Assembly (NCBI GenBank): GCA_050950825.1
Contig: JBMNIH010000008.1
Location: forward strand, 64,001 to 128,000
Direction of reading: 5' to 3'
DNA from: Clostridia bacterium
Lineage (GTDB): Bacteria > Bacillota > Clostridia > JAAYHZ01
DNA length: 64,000 nt
Shown: one piece after another, positions 43,312 through 54,070 of the stretch
Layout: each line of letters begins with the position of its first letter
How positions within the stretch are numbered: the stretch's first letter is position 1
Notes under the pieces: model-generated
Database searches by the model: none
The model's input: the letters and a program-made list of their open reading frames with translations, nothing else
Told to the model about the DNA's origin: nothing
Program-made: the position numbers and the translations under genes

Positions 43312-46300
43312 TTAGTTGAACATATCTTCAATTTTATCAGGATCCAATTCGTTTTCTTCGTCATCCAAATCGTCAAACTTATCCGATGACAGCTCGATAT
43401 CATCAAAGTCGTCCGTATCTTCGGTTTCATCGCCGTCGATAACTTCGTCTTCTTCGTAATCGTCTTCTTCATCGTCGTCAAAATCTCTCGACTTTCTTGA
43501 AGATCCCTTGGCGGGATATTCGTCCTCTTCTTCGTCGTCTATGCTAAAGCTGTAGCTGCCTACCTGGTATTGCTCCTCAAGGTTTTCCAATCCGTCTTCC
43601 ACGGATTCTTTCAAGGAAATTTCGCCTTGGGTATCGGAGAATACGCGAACGTCTAAGGCCAAGCTTTGCAGCTCTTTAATCAATACCTTAAAGGATTCCG
43701 GAATGCCTGCTTCCGGTACGTTTTCGCCCTTCACGATGGCTTCGTATGTCTTCACCCTACCGATAACGTCGTCGGATTTAACGGTGAGAAGCTCTTGCAG
43801 CGTATGAGCGGCACCGTAGGCCTCCAACGCCCAAACTTCCATTTCTCCGAATCTTTGGCCGCCGAACTGGGCTTTACCGCCTAAGGGCTGCTGGGTTACC
43901 AAGGAGTACGGTCCCGTGGAACGAGCATGGATCTTGTCGTCGACCAAGTGCAACAGCTTGAGGAAGTACATATAGCCGACGGTAACGCGATTGTCAAAGC
44001 GTTCTCCGGTTCTTCCGTCATACAGCCATGTTTTTCCGTCTTCGGGCAAGCCGGCTAATTTTAAGGTTTCAAAGGTGTCGTGTTCGTTGGCTCCGTCAAA
44101 TACGGGAGTCGCTACCTTCCAGCCTAAGGCCTTCGCCGCATAGCCTAAGTGGGTTTCCAATACCTGCCCGATATTCATACGGGAGGGAACGCCCAAGGGA
44201 TTCAAGACGATTTCCAAAGGCGTGCCGTCCGGCAAGTAAGGCATATCTTCCTCCGGCAGAATTCGGGAGATAACCCCCTTGTTTCCGTGGCGACCTGCCA
44301 TTTTGTCCCCTACGGACACTTTTCTCTTTTGGGCGATATAGACGCGAACCAATTGGTTAACGCCCGGAGGCAGTTCGTCTCCGTTTTCACGTGTAAATAC
44401 TTTTACATCCACCACGATACCGGATTCTCCGTGCGGTACCTTCAAAGAAGTATCGCGAACTTCACGAGCTTTTTCACCGAATATGGCTCTTAACAAGCGC
44501 TCTTCCGCAGACAGCTCCGTTTCGCCCTTTGGTGTAACCTTACCGACCAAAATATCACCGGACATGACTTCCGCACCGATACGGATAATTCCCCGTTCGT
44601 CCAAATCCTTCAACGCGTCTTCCGATACGTTGGGAATGTCTCTCGTGATTTCTTCCGGACCCAACTTGGTGTCGCGGGCATCGGATTCGTATTCTTCGAT
44701 GTGAATGGACGTGAAGGTATCATCCTTAATCAGTTTTTCGCTGATTAAGATGGCGTCCTCGTAGTTGTATCCTTCCCATGTCATAAAGCCTATTAATACG
44801 TTTCTTCCTAAAGCCAGTTCTCCGTTGTCCGTAGAAGGACCGTCGGCGATAACCTGGCCTTTTTCCACTCTCTGACCGGCACGTACAATCGGTCTTTGGT
44901 TGATGCAGGTTCCTTGGTTGGAACGTTTGTATTTCAATAATCTGTATACATCTCTTTTGCCTTTGTCGTTTCGGATGACAATTTGCTTTGCTTCCACGCT
45001 TTCAACGACACCGGATTCTTTGGCAACGATGCACACGCCGGAATCCACCGCCACCTTGTATTCCATTCCGGTCCCGATAACGGGAGCTTCCGTTTTGATC
45101 AAGGGCACGGCTTGACGCTGCATGTTGGATCCCATCAATGCGCGGTTGGCGTCATCGTTTTCCAAGAAGGGAATTAACGAAGTCGCCACCGAAACCAGCT
45201 GTTTCGGAGAAACGTCCATATAGTCAATTCGATCGCGGTCCACTTCATATTTTTCCGATTTGTATCGGGAAGCGACCTTGTTCTTTATGAACCAACCGTT
45301 TTCGTCCAATTCGGCGTTGGCTTGGGCGATGACGTATTTGTCCTCTTCCTTCGCCGTCAAGTATTCGATTTCATTGGTCACCACTTTGTTCTTCTTATCG
45401 ACTTTACGATAAGGAGCTTCAATAAAGCCGTATTCGTTAATGCGGGCAAAGGTGCTCAAAGAGTTGATTAACCCGATGTTAGGACCTTCCGGTGTTTCAA
45501 TGGGACACATTCTTCCGTAGTGGGAGTAGTGTACGTCGCGGACTTCGAATGAAGCTCTTTCTCTGCTTAATCCTCCGGGTCCTAAGGCGCTTAATCTTCT
45601 TTTGTGGGTCAACTCCGCCAAGGGGTTCGGCTGGTCCATAAACTGAGACAATTGGCTGCTGCCGAAGAATTCCTTAATGGCGGCGGTAACCGGCCTCGGG
45701 TTGATTAATGCTTGAGGTGTTATGGAATCGATGTCCTGTATGGTCATTCTTTCTCGAACCACACGTTCCATACGGGATATACCGATACGGAATTGGTTTT
45801 GCAAAAGCTCCCCTACCGAACGAACTCTTCGGTTGCCCAAATGGTCGATATCGTCCGTTTCCCCTACGCCGTGTGTCAAATTGAAGATGTAGCTGATAGA
45901 GGCGATAACATCCTCTTTGGTAATGTGCTTGGGCATCAGGTTGTATCGATTTTCAAACAAGGCTCGACGTATGTCTTCTTCTTTGTCGTATTTGGCCAAA
46001 ATATCGCTTAATACATCAAAACGGACGGTAGGAGTCAGTCCGATATCGGAGATATCGAAATGAATGAACTCTTTGATTTCCACCATTTTGTTGGATATGA
46101 CCTTAACCGTTTTTCCGTCAACGTCCAAATAGACCACATTGACACCGTTGTTCATGATTTCAAGAGCTTTTTCACGTTCGATCAATTGGCCTTTTTCCAA
46201 CAATATTTCCCCGGTAATAGGGCTAACAACATCTTGAGCGGCAACATGACCCGTGATGCGTTCGCTTAAATTTAATTTCTCATTAAACTTAAAGCGTCCG

Positions 46301-47106
46301 AAACGGGCAAGGTCGTATCTTTTCGGATCGAAAAACAGATTGTTCAGCAAAGTGGTTGCGCTTTCAATGGTAGGAGGTTCTCCCGGACGCAACCTTTTAT
46401 AGATTTCAATGATGGCTTCTTCGGTGGTTTTTGCCGTGTCTTTTGCCAAAGTAGCCAAAAGACGTTCGTCTTCGCCGAACAAGTCAATGATTTCTTGGTC
46501 GGTGCCGTATCCGATGGCACGAATGAAAACCGTAATGGGAACTTTTCTCATACGGTCGATACGAACGGATATGACATCATTGGAGTCGGTTTCATATTCC
46601 AACCAAGCTCCGCGGTTGGGGATGACGGTGCAGGAATACAGCATTTTCCCGGTCTTGTCGATTTTGCCTGCATAATACATACCGGGGGAACGCACCAATT
46701 GGCTTACGATTACACGTTCCGCACCATTTATGATAAATGTTCCGGTGTCGGTCATTAACGGAAAATCACCCATGAAAATTTCCTGTTCTTTTACTTCACC
46801 GGTCTCTTTATTGATTAAGCGAACCTTTACTTTTAAAGGCGCCGAATAGGTTGCGTCTCTTTCTTTACATTCTTCAACGGAATACTTCGGTTTGTCCTTA
46901 ATACTATAGTCGACAAACTCCAAAATTAATGTTTCGGTGTAATCGGTTATCGGAGAGACATCGCGAAAGACTTCTTTAAGACCCTCTTTCCAAAACCATT
47001 CGTAAGATTTCTTTTGAACCTCGATGAGGTTTGGCATTTCTAAAACCTCATTAATTCTGGAGTAACTCATCCTAATGTTGTTCCCTAGTTTGACAGGATG
47101 CACCAT
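43312..47106 (-). CDS. rpoB: RNA polymerase beta subunit
   Basis: [43 protein letters not shown]. Confidence 0.99.
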   Translation of the reverse strand: MVHPVKLGNNIRMSYSRINEVLEMPNLIEVQKKSYEWFWKEGLKEVFRDVSPITDYTETLILEFVDYSIKDKPKYSVEECKERDATYSAPLKVKVRLINKETGEVKEQEIFMGDFPLMTDTGTFIINGAERVIVSQLVRSPGMYYAGKIDKTGKMLYSCTVIPNRGAWLEYETDSNDVISVRIDRMRKVPITVFIRAIGYGTDQEIIDLFGEDERLLATLAKDTAKTTEEAIIEIYKRLRPGEPPTIESATTLLNNLFFDPKRYDLARFGRFKFNEKLNLSERITGHVAAQDVVSPITGEILLEKGQLIEREKALEIMNNGVNVVYLDVDGKTVKVISNKMVEIKEFIHFDISDIGLTPTVRFDVLSDILAKYDKEEDIRRALFENRYNLMPKHITKEDVIASISYIFNLTHGVGETDDIDHLGNRRVRSVGELLQNQFRIGISRMERVVRERMTIQDIDSITPQALINPRPVTAAIKEFFGSSQLSQFMDQPNPLAELTHKRRLSALGPGGLSRERASFEVRDVHYSHYGRMCPIETPEGPNIGLINSLSTFARINEYGFIEAPYRKVDKKNKVVTNEIEYLTAKEEDKYVIAQANAELDENGWFIKNKVASRYKSEKYEVDRDRIDYMDVSPKQLVSVATSLIPFLENDDANRALMGSNMQRQAVPLIKTEAPVIGTGMEYKVAVDSGVCIVAKESGVVESVEAKQIVIRNDKGKRDVYRLLKYKRSNQGTCINQRPIVRAGQRVEKGQVIADGPSTDNGELALGRNVLIGFMTWEGYNYEDAILISEKLIKDDTFTSIHIEEYESDARDTKLGPEEITRDIPNVSEDALKDLDERGIIRIGAEVMSGDILVGKVTPKGETELSAEERLLRAIFGEKAREVRDTSLKVPHGESGIVVDVKVFTRENGDELPPGVNQLVRVYIAQKRKVSVGDKMAGRHGNKGVISRILPEEDMPYLPDGTPLEIVLNPLGVPSRMNIGQVLETHLGYAAKALGWKVATPVFDGANEHDTFETLKLAGLPEDGKTWLYDGRTGERFDNRVTVGYMYFLKLLHLVDDKIHARSTGPYSLVTQQPLGGKAQFGGQRFGEMEVWALEAYGAAHTLQELLTVKSDDVIGRVKTYEAIVKGENVPEAGIPESFKVLIKELQSLALDVRVFSDTQGEISLKESVEDGLENLEEQYQVGSYSFSIDDEEEDEYPAKGSSRKSRDFDDDEEDDYEEDEVIDGDETEDTDDFDDIELSSDKFDDLDDEENELDPDKIEDMFN

Positions 47107-47539
47107 TAACAAATCACCTCATACGCATTAGTAATCGCCCCTCCTAATACAAAGGAGTCTTATGTATCGTTTTTATCCTCGCGGGTAATAATATCGATAC
47201 AAATGTATAACCGGGCGGGCATTCCCGATTATGTCCATCGGTCACGGGTTTATAAGACAAACCCTACCTACAACTTCGCCGTTTGATAAAAAACAAGAGA
47301 TGTTAGCGTTTAAAAAATGGCTATAACTGTTGATTAAGTCTTTCCCCCGTTATCCAATCTTTTAAAACAGTTCTAACCACCTTTCATTCATACACCTATA
47401 AATTTTTATAAAATCTCTTAAACACACTTATGTATTGTAACCGTTTCTTGTAATATCTATGCGATTATGCTACAATGTAATGGGTTCGCCTTATAATCAC
47501 GCGGTTCATTTGTTCAAATCAACAATAACGCAGTTTTTG

Positions 47540-47568
47540 ATTATATCATTATCACGTTTTTATGTCAA
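47540..47568 (-). promoter_or_regulatory. Sigma-A promoter for rpoBC
   Basis: TTGACA-17 nt-TATAAT with extended TG, about 430 nt upstream of rpoB. Confidence 0.8.
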
Positions 47569-47665
47569 TGACTTTTTCCATACAAAGGTAAAAATATTGC
47601 CCTTTTTCTTGTACTTTTCTACAAAAAACTTGACTTATTTTATAAAAAGGATTTTTTATGGCGTT

Positions 47666-48736
47666 TTAGCGATTGGCGGCACCGCCGAGATTTTTCAACA
47701 TGCTCATCATTCCCGGAGTCGCCTCTATGGTACCGTCTAATAAAACCCATAAAACGTCCAATCCTTGAATTTTTTCCGCTAACGCTTTTCCTTCCTCGTA
47801 AGGCATTAAAAACAAAGCGGTCGAGAAAAAGTCGGCCCATGCGGAATCTTCGATGACCACCGTCACCGCCTTGTACAGATCCGCCGGCATCAAGGTTTCT
47901 CCGGAGATAATATGGTGGTACTTTTTATCATCTACATAATAGTATCGCTGGTAGTTTCCGCTGGTTACCACCGATAAATCCCGTACATAAACCGTATCGA
48001 AGATTTGGTCTTCCGGAATGAAGGGGTTCGCATCCGGATCCTGCAGTCCGATTCCCCATTTCTCCCTCCCGTCGGCAGGCTTGCCGCAGGCTTTTACGTT
48101 TCCGCCGGCGCTTAATATAAAGGAAGTGTATCCTAAACTCGTAAGATAGTCCGTTGCCATCTCCACGGCATACCCCTTGGCTATTGCACCTACATCCAAG
48201 GACATCCCCGCATCTTCAAGAAAAACGGTTCCCTCCTCTCGATTTACGATCACTTTTTGAATATCGGTTTTTTTGGCCGCTTCTTTTAATTCATCTATAT
48301 CCGGAAGACGGGCGTTTTCCGGATCTCGGCTTCCTTCCGTTCGATAATCATGCCATATTTTCAAAACCGGTCCCATGGCGATGTTGACATAGCCGTATTG
48401 CTCGTATCCGGTTTTGGCAAACTCGATTAAATCCAAAATTCGAGGATCCACCTTCACCGGTGCGATACCGGCCATGTCGTTTACGGTTTTGATGTTAGGA
48501 ATTCCTTCATAATCGTTGTAGATATCGAAAAGAGCGTTTAATTCCTCTAAAAATTCCTTGCACAGCTCCGCCATTTCCGTGAAGGATTTCTCGTTTTTTG
48601 CATATCCGGTCATTTCAATAACCGTGTCAAACAAGCCGGTAAATTGGTATCGGTATTTATTCATCCCGATTTCGCATCCGGTTAAAGGAAGCGTTATTAA
48701 TATAATTAGAAGAAACAATGAGATCGTCTTTTTCAA
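47666..48736 (-). CDS. apbE: ApbE/FmnB FAD:protein FMN transferase lipoprotein
   Basis: Lipobox LTGC; LDVGAIAKGY, AGGN, TSGNYQR, YHHII, AD..STA; TTG start inferred. Confidence 0.92.
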   Translation of the reverse strand: MKKTISLFLLIILITLPLTGCEIGMNKYRYQFTGLFDTVIEMTGYAKNEKSFTEMAELCKEFLEELNALFDIYNDYEGIPNIKTVNDMAGIAPVKVDPRILDLIEFAKTGYEQYGYVNIAMGPVLKIWHDYRTEGSRDPENARLPDIDELKEAAKKTDIQKVIVNREEGTVFLEDAGMSLDVGAIAKGYAVEMATDYLTSLGYTSFILSAGGNVKACGKPADGREKWGIGLQDPDANPFIPEDQIFDTVYVRDLSVVTSGNYQRYYYVDDKKYHHIISGETLMPADLYKAVTVVIEDSAWADFFSTALFLMPYEEGKALAEKIQGLDVLWVLLDGTIEATPGMMSMLKNLGGAANR

Positions 48737-48773
48737 ATGGATCACGCCTTGCCTTTTTTCATATTCGTTGACC

Positions 48774-48817
48774 GACAAAAACCTCTTTTGAAGTATCGTT
48801 CAAAAGAGGTTTTTGTC
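48774..48817. terminator. Perfect 19-bp stem-loop between the FMN-binding lipoprotein gene and apbE
   Basis: GACAAAAACCTCTTTTGAA-6 nt-TTCAAAAGAGGTTTTTGTC. Confidence 0.75.
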
Positions 48818-48846
48818 CGATATGTATATTTTACATGAAACAATTA

Positions 48847-49392
48847 TTACTTGGCATTCTTGACGGCTTCCGTAACGGCCGCAATGTAGTCCTGTATCGT
48901 AATGGTCACTTTCGATGTTAAGTCCGGCTCATCGGGAACGTTAGGATGGCTGTCGTCTACCTTTTTCGTCTTGATCCCTTGAATTTGATCAATGGTTTTT
49001 CCGATCATCCATTTTTCCAGTTCGGCAATTTGTTCGTCCCAATTTCTTCCGATTTTCGACTGACGAATCAAACCGTATTCGTCTCCCAGCTCCACCTTGG
49101 ACTTGATTTCGGCGGATAAATCCGTCAGGATTTTACCGGAATCGTCAATATCCACTTTGGCTTGGATAACGTCTATCGTCACTTTTTGGATGACGCCTTT
49201 GCTGTCAATGGTTACGGCCGCCATCGTTACGTCTACCTGTACCGCACCGTTCGCATCGGCGGTTGCGTTCTTCGAGCTGTTAAGGGAAACCACATGGCCT
49301 AATCCCGTTTTATAGGATGAGGAAGATCCGCAGCCGGTTAACAAAGCCAAAACGAAGATTACAGTAATAATTATTATTAATCCTTTCTTCAT
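48847..49392 (-). CDS. FMN-binding lipoprotein (PplA-like electron carrier)
   Basis: Lipobox LTGC; SK.ELG..YG, W..Q...LE.W..GKT, DL.S.VTI; adjacent to apbE. Confidence 0.7.
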   Translation of the reverse strand: MKKGLIIIITVIFVLALLTGCGSSSSYKTGLGHVVSLNSSKNATADANGAVQVDVTMAAVTIDSKGVIQKVTIDVIQAKVDIDDSGKILTDLSAEIKSKVELGDEYGLIRQSKIGRNWDEQIAELEKWMIGKTIDQIQGIKTKKVDDSHPNVPDEPDLTSKVTITIQDYIAAVTEAVKNAK

Positions 49393-49436
49393 GCTTTCAT
49401 ATTCCTTTCTGTTCTATATCTCCATAGTTTAAATTT

Positions 49437-50375
49437 TTATAGCCAATCCACAATGCTTTCGATTGCTTTCATATTCTCGGTTTTTGGCAATCGATTTAAT
49501 AAATCTCGACACCGCAGAATATACCGTTCTTTTAGTGTTTCCGTACTTTCAATCCCGCCGCTATCCTTTACGATTCGTAAAACCTCCCTAAAATCCGTGA
49601 GCCCTTCATAGTAGCTTTTGATACATTCTCGGACCTTTTCGTCTTTCATGGCTCCGAATATGAACGGCAAGGAAACAATCCCTTCGGCAAGATCTTTTTG
49701 AACGGGTTTTCCTTCTCGTTCGGTGTCGGATCGTATATCCAACAAATCGTCTCGAATTTGAAAAGCCACACCCATATTTAATCCTAACCGAGTCATAGTT
49801 TTCACGACACTATCTTCCAATCCCGCCGCATATGCTCCGCCGCCTAAGGATGCGGCGAATAACACGCCGGTTTTCTTCATCACCCGCCTTAAATAGGAAT
49901 GAACTCCCGTAACGGTATAACGGCTCAAGTACTGGTTTACTTCCCCTATGCACATAATTTTAGCCGCTTTTGCCACGTAAGCCGACATATCCATAGGAAG
50001 GCCCGACCGGATCAAAAGCAGTACCGACGATGCAAGAAGATAATCCCCCGTATAGACGGCCATATTGATACCGTGTTTTTTCGCTACGGTGGGTTTCCCC
50101 CTGCGCAGGTCCGCATCGTCTATAATGTCGTCGTGTACCAATGTTGCCGCATGAAGGGTTTCGATCGCCGCCGCCAAGGGAAAAACTTTGCTTCTGTCAT
50201 ACTTTCCCGACATGGCCGCCAAGAGGGTCAGTGCCGGGCGTATCCGTTTCCCTCCGGAAAACATGACGTCATGAGACAAATCGTTTAAAACCCCTCTTTC
50301 CTTCGGGTACTCTCGCCTTATATAATTTTCAAATTCCGTCATCTCATCCCTTAGGAAAGGGTAATTATCCCACAT
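49437..50375 (-). CDS. Polyprenyl diphosphate synthase (DmkB/HepT-like)
   Basis: GGKRIRP, HDDIIDD...RRG, KTG, FQI.DD.LD. Confidence 0.92.
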   Translation of the reverse strand: MWDNYPFLRDEMTEFENYIRREYPKERGVLNDLSHDVMFSGGKRIRPALTLLAAMSGKYDRSKVFPLAAAIETLHAATLVHDDIIDDADLRRGKPTVAKKHGINMAVYTGDYLLASSVLLLIRSGLPMDMSAYVAKAAKIMCIGEVNQYLSRYTVTGVHSYLRRVMKKTGVLFAASLGGGAYAAGLEDSVVKTMTRLGLNMGVAFQIRDDLLDIRSDTEREGKPVQKDLAEGIVSLPFIFGAMKDEKVRECIKSYYEGLTDFREVLRIVKDSGGIESTETLKERYILRCRDLLNRLPKTENMKAIESIVDWL

Positions 50376-50521
50376 GCTCAATCCTCCGGTCTTCCTTCGC
50401 CTTCCCGACAGGGACGATTGGTATTACAGTATAGTTATAGCACTGTCGGGGGAAAATAACGGTAACATAGGAAACGAAAACGTCTTTTTTCCTATAAATT
50501 TTCCCGTTTTTTTATTCTTTA

Positions 50522-52447
50522 TTAATTGTCAAAATAGCGGTCGAAGCTGCCTTTGAAAAACAGGCGAAGCTTCTTGTTCTTCCTTAAGCTGTCCCATACG
50601 TTGCACAGGTAAGGAATCAAGTAGTAATCCAACCCGAAAGCCCGTCCTGCGCCGCCCATGGTTGCAATCGCAGCAAAAGGCATCCACCAAGAGCTTTGGT
50701 ACAAGCCGGTAGAAGTGACGAACATGGCCAACAAACCTACCGAAACCAAAGAAGACAGGAAGGTAAACGCACCGCCGATAAGCAACAAGCCTACGCCGAT
50801 TTCTAAAATAACAACCAAGACCTGGAAGAACATGGCGATTCCGTCTCCCGCAAGGACCACGTTTTTCAAGAACCAAGGAACCAAATTAAAGTTACCGAAT
50901 TGGAATATATCGATTTTGGCAAACATTGTGGAAGACAACGGTTCTCCTTGGAGCATATAGGTTTCCTTACCGATCAAGAAGTTAATAATATGAAGCTTCA
51001 GCTCAAATATTTCGTCGATTCTTTTCGCAACCGCTTGCGCCGAAGTGGCTCCCGTCACACCGTCCGCAGCCATGCCCAAGAAGGAAGCCAGCTTGGGCGA
51101 TGTGAACCAACCTTCTTTTACCTTATTTATGCCTTCTATCAACCAAGTAACCCCAAGGAAGATTCGAAGCGGTACAAGCCACCAAGCCTGAACTCGTGTA
51201 GACCAATGCTTTTCCAAAAAGTGCTTGCTTTGACGTCTTTCCAATACTTCGTGATACAAATATCGCGCGACTCCGGCAAAACCGACGATTCCGAAAAGAT
51301 AATGCATGTTCACCAGGTATTTCATGATAAGGGACAGCCATGCCGGAAGCTTTTTGCCTAATATCTCCGCAACGGCGTAGTAATTGCCGACGCTTACCAT
51401 GGTACCGCGCATTTTGACTTCTACGATTTCCTGTTCTTTGCCTTGGACATCGTTCCAAATGTTTACCGCCACGCCGTGGCCGGTTTGGATGGCGTTTTCC
51501 ACCATCGCCGGATACACACGATCATCCGCATGGCAGATCAAACCGGATACGTCTCCCGCCGCATAGACATTCGGGTAGTCGGTACGGCAGTATTCGTCCA
51601 CTTTTAACCTTTGGGTGGGACAAGCCTTTTCGATGGGTAATTCGTCCACATCATAGCATGCCCGTACTCCGGCGGCCCAGATCAAGGTTTGCGTTTTAAT
51701 GAAGTCGTTTTGGGTCATAAAGCCTTCCGGAGTTACTTCTTTTACCGAGGTTTTCAAGAGGATTTCCACATTCAGCTTCTTTTCCAAATATTTGTGGGCT
51801 TTTATCGCACTATCCTCGCTTAAATTGTTTAATATACGAGGCAGCAAATCCGCGAGGATCAAACGAACTTCGCTTTTGTGAATCCGGTATTCTTTACAAA
51901 GGGATTTCACCCAACGGGCGATTTCGCCGATGACCTCTACTCCGGTGAAACCGGCGCCGCTTACAACGAAGGTAAGCAAAGCGCTTCTTTTTTCCGGATC
52001 CTCTTCGTTGGATGCTTTGGCAAAGCAATGGATAATGTGCTCACGAATTCTTACGGCATCATCCAAGGACCATAGGGTAAATCCGTATTCCTTCAAGCCT
52101 TTAATACCGTACAGATTCGGTGAACTGCCTATGGCCATAACCAAGTAATCGTACGGATATTCCTTGGTATCCGAATAAACCTTTTTGTTATCGAAATCGT
52201 ATTTGGTTATTTTGTCGCATACCGTATTCACGCCGGTAAACTTAAAAATTTTATTCAACGGAATTTTTACCGCATCTTCGGATACTCGATTTCCTGCAAC
52301 CTCGTGGATCTCCGTTAAAAGTGTGTGGTAACTATTCTTATCAATAATGGTAATATCCAATTCTTTTCCTTTGTTCAGCTTGTTGAGTGTCAACGCCGTT
52401 TCAACGCCTGCGTAACCCGCTCCGATAATGACTACCTTTTTACTCAT
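50522..52447 (-). CDS. Type II NADH dehydrogenase with a C-terminal membrane (DoxX-like) domain, EET-type Ndh2
   Basis: GAGYAG and GAGFTGVE Rossmann motifs, WAAGV, AAGD; C-terminal TM region with LRIFLG..W..EG..K and AGRAFGLDY. Confidence 0.88.
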   Translation of the reverse strand: MSKKVVIIGAGYAGVETALTLNKLNKGKELDITIIDKNSYHTLLTEIHEVAGNRVSEDAVKIPLNKIFKFTGVNTVCDKITKYDFDNKKVYSDTKEYPYDYLVMAIGSSPNLYGIKGLKEYGFTLWSLDDAVRIREHIIHCFAKASNEEDPEKRSALLTFVVSGAGFTGVEVIGEIARWVKSLCKEYRIHKSEVRLILADLLPRILNNLSEDSAIKAHKYLEKKLNVEILLKTSVKEVTPEGFMTQNDFIKTQTLIWAAGVRACYDVDELPIEKACPTQRLKVDEYCRTDYPNVYAAGDVSGLICHADDRVYPAMVENAIQTGHGVAVNIWNDVQGKEQEIVEVKMRGTMVSVGNYYAVAEILGKKLPAWLSLIMKYLVNMHYLFGIVGFAGVARYLYHEVLERRQSKHFLEKHWSTRVQAWWLVPLRIFLGVTWLIEGINKVKEGWFTSPKLASFLGMAADGVTGATSAQAVAKRIDEIFELKLHIINFLIGKETYMLQGEPLSSTMFAKIDIFQFGNFNLVPWFLKNVVLAGDGIAMFFQVLVVILEIGVGLLLIGGAFTFLSSLVSVGLLAMFVTSTGLYQSSWWMPFAAIATMGGAGRAFGLDYYLIPYLCNVWDSLRKNKKLRLFFKGSFDRYFDN

Positions 52448-52525
52448 ATCTCACTCCCCTATTCCGTTTACGATTCGATCCTACGCTGTTCTCTTCATAA
52501 ATAACGTTGAGGACCGATCGTGATA

Positions 52526-53476
52526 TTAATACCTTATAAAATTATGAAATATTATGGATACACTGAACAACAGTCCCGTCAGCATATAGATTTTGACCGT
52601 CTTGTCATTGGACGATACCAGTTTCGGAATGTCATTCATGTGTAACTTGCAATTCTTAACGGCTCCTACGGCCATGGGCACCGTGAGCCAAGAAAGAAGC
52701 CAAAGAAGATTTCTTGTGTACAGCACGATGGGTATCACCGATAAATAGGCAAAAGCGAAAATCAATCCGTACACAATCACTCCTTTTTCTTTTCCAATAC
52801 GAACCAAACCGTTTTTCTTACCGCTTCTCTTGTCGGCCTCGTAATCAGGATACTCGTTGATCCACAGAACGTTGGCAATCAAAAAACCGATAGGAATCGA
52901 AACCAACAAAGGCAGTACATCAAACCTTCCGGCCATGACCAAATACATCCCGTTTGTGATTAAAGGCCCGAAGGTGGTTCCTACAACCGCTTCCCCGAAC
53001 CCTCTGTAGCAAAGCTTGAACGGGGGCAAGGAATAGATAATCGCCAAGAAAAATCCGGCCAAACCGACCCAAATAACCTTCGGCTCCCGAAACAGCACAA
53101 AAACGATACCGATGACCGCCGCCAAAGCCATGGTGACAACGCCGATCCAAGCGGATTGATTTACCGTCAGCAATCCGTCCACAATGGTTTTCTTACCGCC
53201 GGAAAAGGGCGTTCGGTGCTCCGTATCCACATATCGATCCGCTCCGGAGATATAGTCGACGCATTCGTTAATGGCATTCTTGCCGATTTCAATCAAATAT
53301 ACGCCTACGAAAGCCAAAACCATCCAGAAAAGCCGGAATTCTTTTGCATACGACACCGACAAAAGGACACCTACAACCATAGGCACCGTAGAAGCGACCC
53401 AAATTTTCGGATCCGCCACCTGCCAAAAGCCTTTGTAAAAGGATTTGGATTTATCGGTTACTTGCATAATGGCCAT
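52526..53476 (-). CDS. UbiA-family DHNA prenyltransferase (DmkA/MenA-like)
   Basis: NECVDY.SG.D and NEYPDYEAD..SGKK motifs; YS.PP; multiple TM helices. Confidence 0.88.
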   Translation of the reverse strand: MAIMQVTDKSKSFYKGFWQVADPKIWVASTVPMVVGVLLSVSYAKEFRLFWMVLAFVGVYLIEIGKNAINECVDYISGADRYVDTEHRTPFSGGKKTIVDGLLTVNQSAWIGVVTMALAAVIGIVFVLFREPKVIWVGLAGFFLAIIYSLPPFKLCYRGFGEAVVGTTFGPLITNGMYLVMAGRFDVLPLLVSIPIGFLIANVLWINEYPDYEADKRSGKKNGLVRIGKEKGVIVYGLIFAFAYLSVIPIVLYTRNLLWLLSWLTVPMAVGAVKNCKLHMNDIPKLVSSNDKTVKIYMLTGLLFSVSIIFHNFIRY

Positions 53477-54047
53477 CCCTTCCTTTCAAATCCGCCTTTT
53501 CGGTATCCGACTCGCAGCTTTTATGCCAATCGGCCATCACGTTATCAAAAACAGGGATCTTACTCATATGTTGAAGCAGGCTTTTGGCAGCAACCCCGGT
53601 GATGACGCCGGTGATAAGAGACGATAACAGCAAAAAAGGCAGATATCCGAATACCGCTGTCGACTTTAACATCAATGATGCGGCCAAGATCTGTCCGGTG
53701 TTGTGGGCGGCAGCGCCGCCTACGCTGATACCGATCATGGAGAAAAACATCGGATAACCGAATCTCAGCAAAATCATAACCGTAAGAGCCAGCATGCCGC
53801 CGGTCAGTGAAAAAATCAAAGATGTGAGACTTCCGAATAACAAAGAAACGACGATGCAGCGTACAAGAGTGATAAAAAAACTCGATTGTATGCCTAAACA
53901 GAAAAGTGCAAACAAGGTGACAATATTCGCCAAACCTAATTTGATACCCGGTAACGGAATAAACACGTCAAGAGGAATCATCCGTTCAAAATAGGATATA
54001 ACGATCGCCATGGCTATTAATATTCCGTTTATGACCATCTTTCTCAT
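53451..54047 (-). CDS. EetB / Gx transporter family membrane protein
   Basis: PG.KLGLAN, SL.GG, S..GAAAHNTGQ. Confidence 0.88.
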   Translation of the reverse strand: MRKMVINGILIAMAIVISYFERMIPLDVFIPLPGIKLGLANIVTLFALFCLGIQSSFFITLVRCIVVSLLFGSLTSLIFSLTGGMLALTVMILLRFGYPMFFSMIGISVGGAAAHNTGQILAASLMLKSTAVFGYLPFLLLSSLITGVITGVAAKSLLQHMSKIPVFDNVMADWHKSCESDTEKADLKGRDGHYASNR

Positions 54048-54070
54048 ATATTCTTTACCCTCGATATCCG

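Noticed and set aside
45590-45670. Rifampicin resistance in rpoB (DQPNP variant)
   Set aside because: The key Gln, Asp, His and Ser residues of the resistance region are wild type; the Pro is at a variable position.
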